Assembly (NCBI GenBank): GCA_016776925.1
Contig: JADHSL010000001.1
Coordinates: 28,311-92,310, forward strand
DNA: 64,000 bases
DNA from: Pirellulales bacterium
GTDB lineage: Bacteria > Planctomycetota > Planctomycetia > Pirellulales > UBA1268
Direction: 5' to 3'
Shown here: positions 1 through 10,425 of the stretch, one piece after another
Layout: each line of letters starts with the position of its first letter
How positions within the stretch are numbered: the first letter of the stretch is position 1
Program-made: the position numbers and the translations under genes
Notes under the pieces: model-generated
Databases searched by the model: none
What the model saw: only the letters and a program-made list of their open reading frames with translations
Told to the model about the DNA's origin: nothing

Positions 1-170
1 ATGTTGTACGTTCGGTAAGGTTCTGGGTGAAGTTTTGCCGTAACAGCATTCGCTGCTTTACCAATTGACGCCAAACAGTTGGATTCAAGTAACTGAACTG
101 CATCGGCACGTGATAATCGATGGCCATCCGTAACCGAATCGAGAATTTTTTGAATCGCGTTTTCAGTCAC
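1..170 (-). CDS. radical-SAM futalosine-pathway enzyme (MqnC/MqnE type), 5' fragment; gene runs off the window start
   Basis: Own minus-strand translation from GTG at 170: VTENAIQKILDSVTDGHRLSRADAVQLLESNCLASIGKAANAVTAKLHPEPYRTYN. This resembles the N-terminus of MqnC/MqnE. The GTG overlaps the mqnA stop (GTGA). Absent from the ORF track because it is truncated. Confidence 0.45.
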   Translation of the reverse strand, partial: MTENAIQKILDSVTDGHRLSRADAVQLLESNCLASIGKAANAVTAKLHPEPYRTYN

Positions 171-1093
171 TGAGCACCAGTTGAAAAGTGTTTTGAATAT
201 TGGAATGCAGCATCAAAATTACGGTTGGATGGAGCAAGGCCAAGTTCCATGGCGTATTCGTGGAACAGCCGCAAGCCTCGTCGTTCATCGTATCCAAGAT
301 TGTAGTGCAGATTGTCGCTGAGATAGTCCAGACACTGAGGTACAGAAAGTCCGTGAGAAGGGGCTTCGATGGCTGCTATCGTTGCTAGATTAGCAAGTCC
401 GGCGTCGCGGGCAGCATTAAGTCGTCTACCTAACCGCTCAAAGTCAACAGAGGGGCGTGCTGCCCAGACAGCAAAAACAAAAGGAAGCCCTGTCCATTGA
501 TGCCATTCATCACCTAGATCCCAAACAGTTTGAAAGCCACCACTTGTTGGACCAATTGCACGGTCGCCGATTAGAAGTACCGCATCGGCATCAGTCGACT
601 CGATGTTGTTCCCGATTGGTAGCATTTCAAGTTTTGGACAAATGCCGAAACGTTTCGCTAATAAAATTCGGCAGAGCGCCACACTTGTTCTCGAGCCTTC
701 GTCTATCGCGATTCGAGTAGTTTTTTCTGGTCGGGTGCGAAAGAAGAGTCGAACACTCATGACTGGTCCGAGACAGGCTATGCACGCGTTAGAAACTACC
801 TGGTAGCGACCCTCACTTTGGGTCGACCAGTAATCTTCATTCATGGACGAATCAGATTGAGGCGAATCGAGCCGTTGGAAAAGTTCAATTGAGGGAATGA
901 GAGCGACATCCAGTTCATCAACTGCCAGTCGATCTGCTAGTTTGCTTGGAAGATCAAAATCCAGCGAGTCGCCGAGACCGTATATAAGCGGACGTGTATT
1001 TAAATATTGGACCGCACCAATCCGCTCGTTACCTTTTCCTACAGGGATTCGGCTGCTTTGCGATACCATCAGTGATTTTCGTGGACGAATCAT
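167..1093 (-). CDS. mqnA: chorismate dehydratase MqnA (futalosine route to menaquinone)
   Basis: 308-aa ORF. N-terminal RIGAVQYLNTRPLIYGL and the overall binding-protein-like layout are typical of MqnA/DUF178. Its stop overlaps the start of a radical-SAM Mqn partner. Confidence 0.8.
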   Translation of the reverse strand: MIRPRKSLMVSQSSRIPVGKGNERIGAVQYLNTRPLIYGLGDSLDFDLPSKLADRLAVDELDVALIPSIELFQRLDSPQSDSSMNEDYWSTQSEGRYQVVSNACIACLGPVMSVRLFFRTRPEKTTRIAIDEGSRTSVALCRILLAKRFGICPKLEMLPIGNNIESTDADAVLLIGDRAIGPTSGGFQTVWDLGDEWHQWTGLPFVFAVWAARPSVDFERLGRRLNAARDAGLANLATIAAIEAPSHGLSVPQCLDYLSDNLHYNLGYDERRGLRLFHEYAMELGLAPSNRNFDAAFQYSKHFSTGAQ

Positions 1094-1261
1094 TTTTTGC
1101 TAAGAATGCACTGCGAATTTCCCGGGTCTAATCAATATCCAACACTTAAACAATAGACGATTCAGCGAGTGAGGCCAGAAACCTGCGTAAATGAGCCAAG
1201 AAAAGAAGCTCGCGAGGGAGAGAACGGACCACAATGTTCTCAATGCTTCCAAAAGTAAGGC

Positions 1262-3001
1262 TCATGGCTCCAACTGCCGGAATGCGCGGATTCCAAGCAC
1301 TAACGGCAAAAAAGTAGCTAGCAGGCCACCTGCGATAATTATGAGGAGACTAGCAACTTGTCCGCCATAACTTCCGAGGAGCCGACTGGTTGTGTTCCCG
1401 GAGAGCTGCCCGATGGTTTGCTGCAAAAGATTGAAATGGTTTGTAAAGCCAACGGTGATCACGATAAGGATAATGAACATTGCACTGAGAACGAGGCTTA
1501 AGGTTCCCCCAAATCCTGCAGCAATTTTGGCAGGAGAAGATTCACGGAAATTTGGCATGCTTGCCCCCATTCCAACAGCGATACCAGAAAGGCCACCGCA
1601 GAGAGCAAGGCAGCACGTAAGGTGGACAAAGACTGCGCCCCAAGGCAACCCAAGCATGGAGTCACTTAGAAGGATTAACCCGAGGCACGGAATAAGGCCA
1701 CCTACAAATGAAAAAAGGAACTTTGACCATACAATTTGATCTCGATGTATGGGAAGGAGACCAAGGATCCAAAAGCGACGACCTTCAAGGCTTATTGATG
1801 GAAAGACAAATCGTGTTGTGAAAGTAGAAAGAATGAGGCCGACGACAGCTAAGTTGAGGTGTCCGATAAGAGACGCGTAAACGTGCGAATAGTTGAATGA
1901 GCGAAGGTTGTAAAAGTAAAGAGCCAGGAGGCCAAAAAAGATGACGAATTGAGACCATTGAGAAACGTCGCGGCGGAAAATCTGGAGATCTTTGACGAGA
2001 AGAAGTCGGATAGGATTCCCAACCTGCGACCCTGTACGTGAGAGTAATTCATCGAGCCAGAAAATCTTTCGATGCCTTCTAGTTGGTACTTCTGCCTGAA
2101 GGTTGCTGTACCCTTTGCGGTACGTCCAGCGAGCGACCCAACTCGCTACGAGGCTTAGGAAGAGTGCATTAGCAAGAATCAACCCCAGGAACTTCAATGC
2201 TTCGAGGGTGCTCTTGTGAGTCAGTTCGCGTGATTCCCCACGGAGTGCTGCATCGAGTAGGCCTGAGGAAAGCCACCAGCTCGGCAGAAATATTTGCTCG
2301 GTCATGGCAAGACGAGATAGGGTTTCCTCAAACCATGCGGGCGTGAGCGCTTGGCTCTGAACGGAGCCGAAAGTTGACCACGAAAACCAAAGGATTCCCA
2401 TCGCAACGAGAGCGAGTGAAATTGAGAGGGTATGGAGTCGTAGTCGAGGTAGCCCTGCAACCAGGAGCATGCACAATATGCTTCCGATAGACGCTGGAAT
2501 AATGACAAAAGTAACAATAAACGGTATGAGCATGATGAAGAAGCTCCAGGGAGCATCCCGCACGATGCCATATGCAATAAGCATCGGGCTACCGAGAAGA
2601 ATGAATCCCCAGCTCGAAAACCAGAGTGCCTCGGTGAATTTATGGGCATGAATCGCTTCGGCGCGTAGGGGGCACGTTAAGAGGAAAGACGACTCTCCAG
2701 ACCGGTACAAGCCGCCGTACATCAAGATGCCAGTTGAAAAGATCATCATTACCATCAAGGCAGAGAAAAAAGTATTGAATAGCAATGACATTACTTCGGC
2801 ATGCATAGAGTCAATGAAGTTGAATGCGTCGTAGAACAGGCAGAACACAGCCGCCCAGAAAATAGTACTGAGCACAAGGACAAGCCCGAAGCGGAAACGT
2901 GACTGCTGGAAGATTGTCGTGACAAGGTTCCAGGCAATTGTTCCTCGAAGTCTCCTCGTAAGCTGATTTTCCTGAGGAATATCAAGCAGTTGGTTCTGCA
3001 T
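1262..3001 (-). CDS. polytopic membrane protein, probable permease of the adjacent ABC exporter
   Basis: 579-aa ORF, very hydrophobic, with many membrane spans by eye (for example IMLIPFIVTFVIIPASIGSILCMLLVAGL). It starts 21 nt downstream of the ABC ATPase gene on the same strand. Confidence 0.6.
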   Translation of the reverse strand: MQNQLLDIPQENQLTRRLRGTIAWNLVTTIFQQSRFRFGLVLVLSTIFWAAVFCLFYDAFNFIDSMHAEVMSLLFNTFFSALMVMMIFSTGILMYGGLYRSGESSFLLTCPLRAEAIHAHKFTEALWFSSWGFILLGSPMLIAYGIVRDAPWSFFIMLIPFIVTFVIIPASIGSILCMLLVAGLPRLRLHTLSISLALVAMGILWFSWSTFGSVQSQALTPAWFEETLSRLAMTEQIFLPSWWLSSGLLDAALRGESRELTHKSTLEALKFLGLILANALFLSLVASWVARWTYRKGYSNLQAEVPTRRHRKIFWLDELLSRTGSQVGNPIRLLLVKDLQIFRRDVSQWSQFVIFFGLLALYFYNLRSFNYSHVYASLIGHLNLAVVGLILSTFTTRFVFPSISLEGRRFWILGLLPIHRDQIVWSKFLFSFVGGLIPCLGLILLSDSMLGLPWGAVFVHLTCCLALCGGLSGIAVGMGASMPNFRESSPAKIAAGFGGTLSLVLSAMFIILIVITVGFTNHFNLLQQTIGQLSGNTTSRLLGSYGGQVASLLIIIAGGLLATFLPLVLGIRAFRQLEP

Positions 3002-3022
3002 TTCTATAGCTTGTTTCTTTTT

Positions 3023-3781
3023 CTAAGTGTCGTCTGACGCGACTTCGTCCTCGCCTGTTTCGCTTGATGTGATTTCAAGATACAGGTTTTCAAGACTTCT
3101 TGTTTCCATGTCCACTTGTTCTCGCAGTTCTGAAACAGTTCCGAGAAATTTAAGATTTCCTTGCACCATGATGCCCATGCGGTCAGCCATTTCCTCGGCC
3201 ATCGCTAGCGTATGAGTTGACATGAATACCGTCATGCCATCTGCAGTTTTTGCTTTCAATAGATCTTTGACAATACGAACACTTCGTGGATCGAGACCAA
3301 CCATCGGCTCGTCGAGCACAAGAACATCAGGGTCGTGTAAAAATGCGGCTGCAAATACAAGCCGCTGCCTCATGCCCAGGGAATAGTTTTCAGCAAGTTC
3401 GTCAGCGAATTCATGAAGCTCAAACCGGTCGATTTCCCTCTTGATGCGTTCCTGCGAAAGGTCCCGTGGTATGCGATACATGTCAGCAATAAATCGTAGG
3501 AATTCATGGCCTGTAAGTTTGTCGTACAGGTAGGGCTCATCAGGCACGTAGCCCAAATGAAGGTGAGCAGAACGTGTCTCTGTTATGAGATCATGTCCGC
3601 AAACACGAATAACTCCACGAGAAGGGCGGAGCAAGCCAACCAACATCTTGATCGTTGTTGTTTTGCCCGCACCATTTGGTCCAAGGAGAGCAAATAATTC
3701 ACCTGAAGGTATTGTCAGGCTTAGGTCTGATACAGCAACCTTGTTGCCATACGTACGCGTGGCGTTTTCAAATTGAATCAT
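3023..3781 (-). CDS. ABC transporter ATP-binding protein
   Basis: Walker A GPNGAGKTTT, signature YSLGMRQRL, Walker B VLVLDEP, H-loop STHTL. Confidence 0.9.
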   Translation of the reverse strand: MIQFENATRTYGNKVAVSDLSLTIPSGELFALLGPNGAGKTTTIKMLVGLLRPSRGVIRVCGHDLITETRSAHLHLGYVPDEPYLYDKLTGHEFLRFIADMYRIPRDLSQERIKREIDRFELHEFADELAENYSLGMRQRLVFAAAFLHDPDVLVLDEPMVGLDPRSVRIVKDLLKAKTADGMTVFMSTHTLAMAEEMADRMGIMVQGNLKFLGTVSELREQVDMETRSLENLYLEITSSETGEDEVASDDT

Positions 3782-3826
3782 AATGGTATTACCGATACTG
3801 CGTTACTCTGTGCAGAAAACACATGG

Positions 3827-4771
3827 TTATTGGTTTGTTTGGGAAGAGTTTACACCCACTGCTTCGGGTTCCTTGAAAAGGCTCTTTACGTGATCCAGCC
3901 GGCTTGCAAGTGATAGAGCGACGGTGTCGGTACGTCTCATGAAAAGTAGTTTTGCACCAAGTATTGTTGACTCATGCTGTAAAACCTTGCCATGAGGGGC
4001 AACCCAAATCCTACTTCGTGGCGGTTGATGGTCATTGGGAGTGCTTCGGTAATTGACGATATCAGCATTCACAAGTTGATCATCAAAGTGCAGGGCTTCA
4101 TGGCCCGCAACACTCGCATAAAGAATTTCTATTGGCTTGTGACTTGGTCGCAGTGGGCTATAGATAGGAACGGTCCAGTGTTGCCCTTGGGAAATCCCTG
4201 GCATGGTCGCCTGAGGTGAAAGTTCGTCTCGGATTGATAAATTGTCCGGCAAATGACGAGTTGTTTCGTATTGCAAATTGCCAGAATGAAGCGATACAGT
4301 GACTTTGTTGCCAGGTGTGATTCTGCCACGCAATCGCACAGTCTGCAGAGATCCCGGGACTTTGACGATTGATTGAAAGTTTCTTAGTTCTCCTCGACTG
4401 TTGATCGTCATGCGGCCAAAAGCCTCAAGTTTTATTGAGGTATGGAGTGTGCCTCCATGAGCTCCAAGTAATGTATTTGCCCAAGGCGGCAACAAGTCAT
4501 TCAGGGGAAGGTCGACAAGTTGAAGGTTTGACCAGACGGTTACTGTGCCAGAAGGACTTGGCTCAACAATGCTTAATGCAGATCCGACCGGGCTGTCGTT
4601 AAGTGAAATCATCCAAGCTGTCGTTGAAGTGTCCTTCGTAGAAGCGTAAATCGACTGATAGCCCGGTGGCGTGTCGGAGGCGAGTGTTGGTAAAACTCTA
4701 GTGATAAACAACCAGCTGTTTGCTATAGCCGCAAAGGCCAGAATGAGCGCTGTCACGGTTGGGCGATACAT
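3827..4771 (-). CDS. membrane-anchored hypothetical protein, first gene of the ABC exporter operon
   Basis: 314-aa ORF with one N-terminal hydrophobic span (ALILAFAAIANSWLFI) followed by a beta-rich soluble part. Its stop lies 45 nt upstream of the ATPase gene start. No family recognised. Confidence 0.4.
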   Translation of the reverse strand: MYRPTVTALILAFAAIANSWLFITRVLPTLASDTPPGYQSIYASTKDTSTTAWMISLNDSPVGSALSIVEPSPSGTVTVWSNLQLVDLPLNDLLPPWANTLLGAHGGTLHTSIKLEAFGRMTINSRGELRNFQSIVKVPGSLQTVRLRGRITPGNKVTVSLHSGNLQYETTRHLPDNLSIRDELSPQATMPGISQGQHWTVPIYSPLRPSHKPIEILYASVAGHEALHFDDQLVNADIVNYRSTPNDHQPPRSRIWVAPHGKVLQHESTILGAKLLFMRRTDTVALSLASRLDHVKSLFKEPEAVGVNSSQTNQ

Positions 4772-5201
4772 AGGAATGGATTCCGGCTATGGTTTTCAAT
4801 TGAACACGAGGGACAGTCGTGGCATGTTGGTTACGAACGAGCGGCAGTGAACAAGTTATGTATGGTGTGCTTTAGGCTAGAGGCCCTTTCTTGAGACAAA
4901 TGTCTTCGACGATTATTTTCCGTCACCTCTAATGTACGAGATGTTTTCAAGACGGTTTTTCCGAGAGAAAGGCTGATTTTACCCGGGGCAGGTATTGGAG
5001 TTGCTAAAAACACGGCACAATTTTTATACTCTTTGAAGTCAGGCGGGGTGGGTTTTCAAAAATACTGCAGTAGATGGTTTTTTGTATGCCGTTCGTATGT
5101 TTTCAGTGAAGAATCATTCGTTCTCGGGCTGATTTGAGAATCCCTCTCTCGTTAAGGATAGCGATGTTCGGTCAACTGGAAAGAACCCAGGAGGTTGAGC
5201 G

Positions 5202-5483
5202 ATGAGCGATTCTGTCTACTACCATCAAGGATGTCCTGTATGTGGCAGGATGTTGCGAATAGGCGTCCGTTTGCTTGGTCAGCGTGTTTACTGTCAGCAT
5301 TGTGGCGGAGGATTTCGTGCAACGGATGAAACTCTTGAGGAAGATGAGGGGGCAGTTCGGGCGATGGAGCAAATTCAGGAAGATCGGATCGAAATGCTAT
5401 TGGAACGCGCTACTGAAGCGATTGGCAACTCGCTGAAGAGCGAGCAGTCTCAGGAAGAAGATATAGCACAGGAAACAGCCTGA
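5202..5483 (+). CDS. small zinc-ribbon protein with acidic C-terminal tail
   Basis: 93-aa ORF with CPVCG..CQHCGG cysteine pairs. A GGAGG ribosome-binding site lies upstream (ccaggaggttgagcgATG). Confidence 0.5.
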   Translation: MSDSVYYHQGCPVCGRMLRIGVRLLGQRVYCQHCGGGFRATDETLEEDEGAVRAMEQIQEDRIEMLLERATEAIGNSLKSEQSQEEDIAQETA

Positions 5484-5514
5484 CGTACTCGCTCGATTGC
5501 CGGTCGTTAGGTAT

Positions 5515-6831
5515 TTACTGTCTGCTTGTCTGAACCAACTCTTCTAATGCACTCCAGTAATTCGGAAAGGTCTTCCGGACACATGCTGGGTTGGTGATGC
5601 ATACTCCCTTTGACCGAAGCCCAACAAGTGACAGGCTCATGGCCATACGGTGATCGTCGTATGTTTGTATTTTTGCCGGCCGAAGGGGGGCAGGATGTAT
5701 TGTCAGTCCATCAGGCTGTTCGTCAACGATGGCCCCGAGGCGTTGTAGTTCACATGTGAGGTCGCTAATACGATCAGTCTCCTTGTCTCGTATGTGAGCA
5801 ACATTTCGAATCACGGTCGGTCCCTCGGCAAAAAGCGCAACAGCAGCGAGTGTCATGACAGTATCACTGATTGCATTCATGTCGATATCAATACCCTTTA
5901 AATCATTGCCTTGTATCGTAATGGATGGACATGACGAACTATTGCTTGACCATGTAACAGTGCATCCCATCTGTTCGAGTGCTGAGCAGAATTTGATATC
6001 ACCTTGCATGCTATTACGACCAAGTCCCTCCAGAGTGACTGTGCCATGCGTAATTGCAGCAGCAGCTGCAAAATAGCTGGCTGCAGATGCATCGGGTTCA
6101 ATTTCGTAATTTTTTGACACGTAACCTGTGGGTGCAATATGCCACTGGCGATCGTTACGAAGTTCACATTTTCCACCAAACGACTCAATAATTTTGCGAG
6201 TCATATCGAGATACGGCGTTGAGACAAGTGTTCCAGTTAGCTCAAGGGAAAGGCCTTCTGGCATACATGGTGCAACCAAGGCGAGTCCACTCGCAAATTG
6301 GCTGCTTGTTGTGCTCTGGATGCATGCCTCAGCGCTCGTTACTCCAGTGCTACGAATGGTAACAGGAGGGCACTCGCCTGCACTTCCTGCCTCCGCCTCG
6401 ACACCAAGCATTCGGAGAGCGTTCAGGAGGTCGCCGATTGGCCGCTGCCGCATGCGTGCGGTTCCATCGAGAACATAGTGGCCGTTTCCAAGGCTGACCA
6501 AAGCAGTAAGGAATCGCATTGTCGTTCCGCTGGCTTGACAATCAATGGAAGCCTGAGAATTTGGAATCAAACCTGCTGATCCATGAATGAACAATGTCTG
6601 TTTGTTCCAATCTGTGTCAACATTAAAGCCAAGGTTTTTTAAGCCACTAATCATGATGCGGGTGTCATCACTGTCGAGCGCACCGGTTATCTGACTTGTT
6701 CCATGAGCTAGTGCGGCACAGATCACGGCCCGATTGGTAATGCTTTTTGATCCGGGCGCACGGACACGGCCTTGGATCGGTCTTTGCACGGGTGTTACGG
6801 TAACTTCGTCAGGGAGCGAGTTTAGTGACAT
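5515..6831 (-). CDS. aroA: 3-phosphoshikimate 1-carboxyvinyltransferase (EPSP synthase)
   Basis: 438 aa. Contains PGSKSITNRA and ARMRQRPIGDL motifs and has the two-domain length of AroA. Confidence 0.9.
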   Translation of the reverse strand: MSLNSLPDEVTVTPVQRPIQGRVRAPGSKSITNRAVICAALAHGTSQITGALDSDDTRIMISGLKNLGFNVDTDWNKQTLFIHGSAGLIPNSQASIDCQASGTTMRFLTALVSLGNGHYVLDGTARMRQRPIGDLLNALRMLGVEAEAGSAGECPPVTIRSTGVTSAEACIQSTTSSQFASGLALVAPCMPEGLSLELTGTLVSTPYLDMTRKIIESFGGKCELRNDRQWHIAPTGYVSKNYEIEPDASAASYFAAAAAITHGTVTLEGLGRNSMQGDIKFCSALEQMGCTVTWSSNSSSCPSITIQGNDLKGIDIDMNAISDTVMTLAAVALFAEGPTVIRNVAHIRDKETDRISDLTCELQRLGAIVDEQPDGLTIHPAPLRPAKIQTYDDHRMAMSLSLVGLRSKGVCITNPACVRKTFPNYWSALEELVQTSRQ

Positions 6832-6963
6832 CAGACTTTAAAAGGCATTGATGAAGATGGATTCGAAGACTGCCAGGAGAAACGTTTCTCAGGTAGATTA
6901 TGCCATGTTGGATCGACAAGCACTATCAATTCTTAAACAACGCTACCATTCCTGAGGGATTGT

Positions 6964-8184
6964 GTGATGAAATCACTGCGGCAGAGTTCTGAGGTCAGTC
7001 GTAGTTCATATGATCTCACTGTCCCACCGGTTGTTCGCTTTGGTCATGGTCGGATCGCAGAGGTAGGCCACATCGCAGCCATTCTCGGTAAGCGAATCTG
7101 GCTTGTTGTTGGGAAGCATAGTTTCGCTGCATGCGGTGGCAGAGAGGGTTTATTAGACGGGTTTCATCAAAACGGATTGAGTTTTGATGAAATAGCTCAT
7201 TCGTGTGGTGAGCCAACAGTCCAGCAGATTGCGACCGCAATATGCAATATGCCAGTTGACCAACAGGATGTAGTAGTTGTCGCAGTTGGTGGCGGCGCAA
7301 CTATTGATTTTGGAAAAGCATTGTCAGCTCTAGCGACAAACATGAAACCAGAATCAGAAGAAGCAGCTGAGGAGATGATTCTCGATCGCTTGGAGGGCGT
7401 AGGCCGAGGTATTCCAATCGTCAATCCACCTCTACCTTTTGTAGCAGTGCCGACAACAGCAGGCACTGGTGCGGAAGCAACTCGCAATGCAGTGCTTTCG
7501 TGTCCCAAGCGAATGTTTAAGAAAAGTTTACGGAGCCCGCTGATGGTTCCGCGAGCGGTGATCCTTGACCCTAGCCTGATCGGCTCCTGTAGTCGTGACA
7601 TTATTGCCGCGTCAGGCATTGATTGCCTGACGCAGTTAATTGAATCATTTATCTGCCGTTTTCGGTGGGCTGTGCCAAGAGCATTGGTGCTTGATGCCTT
7701 TCCACAGGCGATGAGCGCGTTACCTCGTCTCCTTGAGAATCCATCTGATGAAATCGCGCAATCTGCAATGTCACACGCAGCATTCATTTCTGGTGTTTCA
7801 CTTGGTAATTCTGGTTTAGGACTGGCTCATGGCGTGGCAGCAGCGCTCGGAGTCGAGTGTGGGGCTCCTCATGGTTTGGCGTGTGCCGCATTATTACCGG
7901 TTGCACTTCGCGTCAATCAAAAGATTTCAGAGCGTGATCTGGCCAGGCTTGATCAGGAGTTAGATGGCGAACGGTTACCTCCGCCAGAAAGTGCCCAACG
8001 ACTCATAGAACGTGTTAAGGATTTGTGTCGACTGGCTGGGACGCCAGCTCGCCTTTCTGAATTTGGCCTGAAAAGAGAACGGCTCTCCTGGCTCGCAGAA
8101 CATTCAGGCGGGAATAGCATGAAGGGCAATCCATTACAACTGTCACCAGCAGAGTTAAGAGATGTGCTCGAGTCAGCGTTCTGA
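6964..8184 (+). CDS. iron-containing (group III) alcohol dehydrogenase family protein
   Basis: 406 aa. Has the GGGATIDFGKA nucleotide-site motif and the His-rich metal region LAHGVAAALG...PHGLACAALL. Confidence 0.8.
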   Translation: MMKSLRQSSEVSRSSYDLTVPPVVRFGHGRIAEVGHIAAILGKRIWLVVGKHSFAACGGREGLLDGFHQNGLSFDEIAHSCGEPTVQQIATAICNMPVDQQDVVVVAVGGGATIDFGKALSALATNMKPESEEAAEEMILDRLEGVGRGIPIVNPPLPFVAVPTTAGTGAEATRNAVLSCPKRMFKKSLRSPLMVPRAVILDPSLIGSCSRDIIAASGIDCLTQLIESFICRFRWAVPRALVLDAFPQAMSALPRLLENPSDEIAQSAMSHAAFISGVSLGNSGLGLAHGVAAALGVECGAPHGLACAALLPVALRVNQKISERDLARLDQELDGERLPPPESAQRLIERVKDLCRLAGTPARLSEFGLKRERLSWLAEHSGGNSMKGNPLQLSPAELRDVLESAF

Positions 8185-8212
8185 ATACGTTTTGGTGTGG
8201 TTTAAGGATTAC

Positions 8213-8551
8213 TCAAAACAGAAAAACAATTGCTCCGAGTGCACATGTAACGAGCGACAGTGTCAGAAGGATAAGCAACAGAAGTTTGGAATCTGATCTT
8301 TTTCTATTGGTTGCAATTGGTTTTATGACGATGCTCGGTTGGGCTGATTCAGTCGGATTATCTGTCTCGATTGAAAAGATCGGCCCGGCGGCCAGCTCTT
8401 GAAGGGTTTGGGGGGGAGTTGGCATGGCAAAGTTTTCTGCACCGGTCGTTGGTACAGGCGGGATGACTTGGTCTGCAGAAGAGGGGCGTGAATCATGCAT
8501 GGTATTCGGTAGTTGAGTGCCTGGCAGTTGCTGGGAGAAGGTGCGGTGCAA
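8213..8551 (-). CDS. hypothetical tail-anchored membrane protein
   Basis: 112-aa ORF with a Pro-rich N-terminus and a C-terminal span LLLLILLTLSLVTCALGAIVFLF. It lies 41 nt downstream of the methyltransferase gene on the same strand. Confidence 0.35.
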   Translation of the reverse strand: MHRTFSQQLPGTQLPNTMHDSRPSSADQVIPPVPTTGAENFAMPTPPQTLQELAAGPIFSIETDNPTESAQPSIVIKPIATNRKRSDSKLLLLILLTLSLVTCALGAIVFLF

Positions 8552-8592
8552 AAAAGAAGGCAGAGTTTAGTGCGGCTTCTTTCTGGGCGGTA

Positions 8593-9384
8593 CTATTCGA
8601 CGCGGTGCCAGGCTGTGAGTTCGGCTATCGTGTGTTGGTGTTTGCGACCAGTTTCACGAATGACAAACGGAATGTCTTCGCGACATCCCAGCTTGAAGTG
8701 TGGATGTAATGCTTTTGATAATCCCGTGAATGTATCAATAGGGATACCAGTATTGTCAATGTAGCCGCCTAACCAATAGCTCGGTGGGGTGTAGTCTTCT
8801 AGCCATGTGTAAGGTGACGTAATGACAAGCCATCCGCCGGCACGAATGCGTTGGGTTATTGAATCTAGAAAAAGCTGGGGCTGATAGAGACGATCAATTA
8901 GATTTCCTGCGAAAACGAGATCATAGTTATTCATTTCATCGAGAAGATTGCACGCATCGCCGGTTTGAAATGTGACTCGGTTGGCAATGGTGCTACCTAT
9001 CAGACTCTCAAGCGATGTCTGACAATCAGTCGACAATTGGCCCTCAGTTGGAATCTTGTATTGAATGGTACCGCTTTGCTGCAATTTTTTCGCCGCATCA
9101 ATGAAGCCGGATGAGTAATCGAGGGCATCAACATGCTGAAAGTGCTTTGCTAGCTCAAAAGAAGACCTTCCCACTGCACAGCCAATGTCGAGGCAGCGGT
9201 CACGGCTTTCAAATTGTACGGATTCCATCAAAAAATCGATGCATGCAGCAGGAAAATTGGGGACGCCGAGCACGGGTGGGCCGTAATGAAAGCCTAAATA
9301 CTGTGAGACAAGACTGGAGGTTTCATAAAGTGCAGAACCAGGTGTTTGTGGAGCTGTTAGTTTCATCTGTTCTTTTCGTTTCAT
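8593..9384 (-). CDS. class I SAM-dependent methyltransferase, resembles the stand-alone OvoA C-terminal (4-mercaptohistidine N1-methyltransferase-like) family
   Basis: 263 aa. SAM motif I LDIGCAVGRSS. The N-terminal YETSSLVSQYLGFHYGP is as I recall for the OvoA C-terminal domain family. This family call is from memory and was not searched. Confidence 0.55.
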   Translation of the reverse strand: MKRKEQMKLTAPQTPGSALYETSSLVSQYLGFHYGPPVLGVPNFPAACIDFLMESVQFESRDRCLDIGCAVGRSSFELAKHFQHVDALDYSSGFIDAAKKLQQSGTIQYKIPTEGQLSTDCQTSLESLIGSTIANRVTFQTGDACNLLDEMNNYDLVFAGNLIDRLYQPQLFLDSITQRIRAGGWLVITSPYTWLEDYTPPSYWLGGYIDNTGIPIDTFTGLSKALHPHFKLGCREDIPFVIRETGRKHQHTIAELTAWHRVE

Positions 9385-9390
9385 CGATAT

Positions 9391-10425
9391 TTAGTTGTTG
9401 AAAACACGTGGGGAGGCAATAAGGCCATCAATGAGGCTTTGAGGTAAAGGTGACGTCGCTGCCAGTAGCGAGCCGACAACACTACCTCGATGACAGGAGT
9501 CACCACCACATTGTGCATTTGAGCAGATTCCATTTGCTGGCTTACCGGCATGTCTGTATGCGAGAAACAGTGCGGCGGGAAATGCATCGGGAATGTAGCA
9601 GGCCGATGAGAGCATTCCGCCGACAACTACTCGATCAGGATAGTCTTCCCAGCGTGCGATCTTTGCCTTCGACACCCATTGAGAAGCCTCGTCAAGAATG
9701 ACCTCCTGTAAGGGTGCTCCAAGGCTTACGCCGGCCAGGATTCGAACAAGAACATCAGCCGCAGCAAGTACGTCATTGTCTTTGTGGGTAAGCGAGACAT
9801 GACTCTGTACTATTTCACGAATATCAGGATGTCGTGGACCGAGCGCGGCAACCAGCGCCGGAACACCGACAAGACCACCAATGTGAATGTCGCGGACTCC
9901 GCAATTAACCGCTTTTCGACCAGAGGCATAATTTGTAAAAAAGTGCCGGTGGTACTCTTCAGCGTAGGTGTCATTGTGCTTCTGAGGAGTAAGCATGAAG
10001 TTGATATAGTGATCGAGCCAGCGAATGGAATCATAGTGTCCCAAACGTCGAACCAATTCGAACAGTTCAATCGCCAGAAGTGAATTGAGGGTGTTTTCGC
10101 CAGCTGTTAGAAATTGGTGGTAGTGTACGCCACGTTTGCCCCAGTACTGCGACTGCTCACGCAAAATATCACCGTCTGCATTGAGTGGCTTGTATTCGGA
10201 TCGCCAGAGAATGCTGTCAGGATGCGTCTTTCTGGGCGAGTGATAGGAATCAAGTATCCCAAAGTCTCTCTCAATTGCAGATTGGTTGTAGTACCAATGA
10301 ACGGGCATTGCGATACTGTCGGCTACCAGGGCACCAAGCAATATTTGTTGGCCAAAAGAAACGGTCGAAAGCGTTTCGATGTCCACATGTTGTCTTTTTT
10401 CTTCATCTGATTGAGGAGTGTTCAT
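9391..10425 (-). CDS. ADP-ribosylglycohydrolase (ARH) family protein
   Basis: 344 aa. N-terminal LLGALVADSIAMPVHWYY and C-terminal GGDSCHRGSVVGSLL motifs are typical of the ARH/DraG fold. Its ATG overlaps the stop of the upstream ABC ATPase gene (ATGA). Confidence 0.8.
   Translation of the reverse strand: MNTPQSDEEKRQHVDIETLSTVSFGQQILLGALVADSIAMPVHWYYNQSAIERDFGILDSYHSPRKTHPDSILWRSEYKPLNADGDILREQSQYWGKRGVHYHQFLTAGENTLNSLLAIELFELVRRLGHYDSIRWLDHYINFMLTPQKHNDTYAEEYHRHFFTNYASGRKAVNCGVRDIHIGGLVGVPALVAALGPRHPDIREIVQSHVSLTHKDNDVLAAADVLVRILAGVSLGAPLQEVILDEASQWVSKAKIARWEDYPDRVVVGGMLSSACYIPDAFPAALFLAYRHAGKPANGICSNAQCGGDSCHRGSVVGSLLAATSPLPQSLIDGLIASPRVFNN

Noticed and set aside
7197-7787. A 196-aa minus-strand ORF inside the alcohol dehydrogenase gene
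   Set aside because: It is antisense to a strongly supported CDS and has a low-complexity Ala/Ser/Arg-rich composition.
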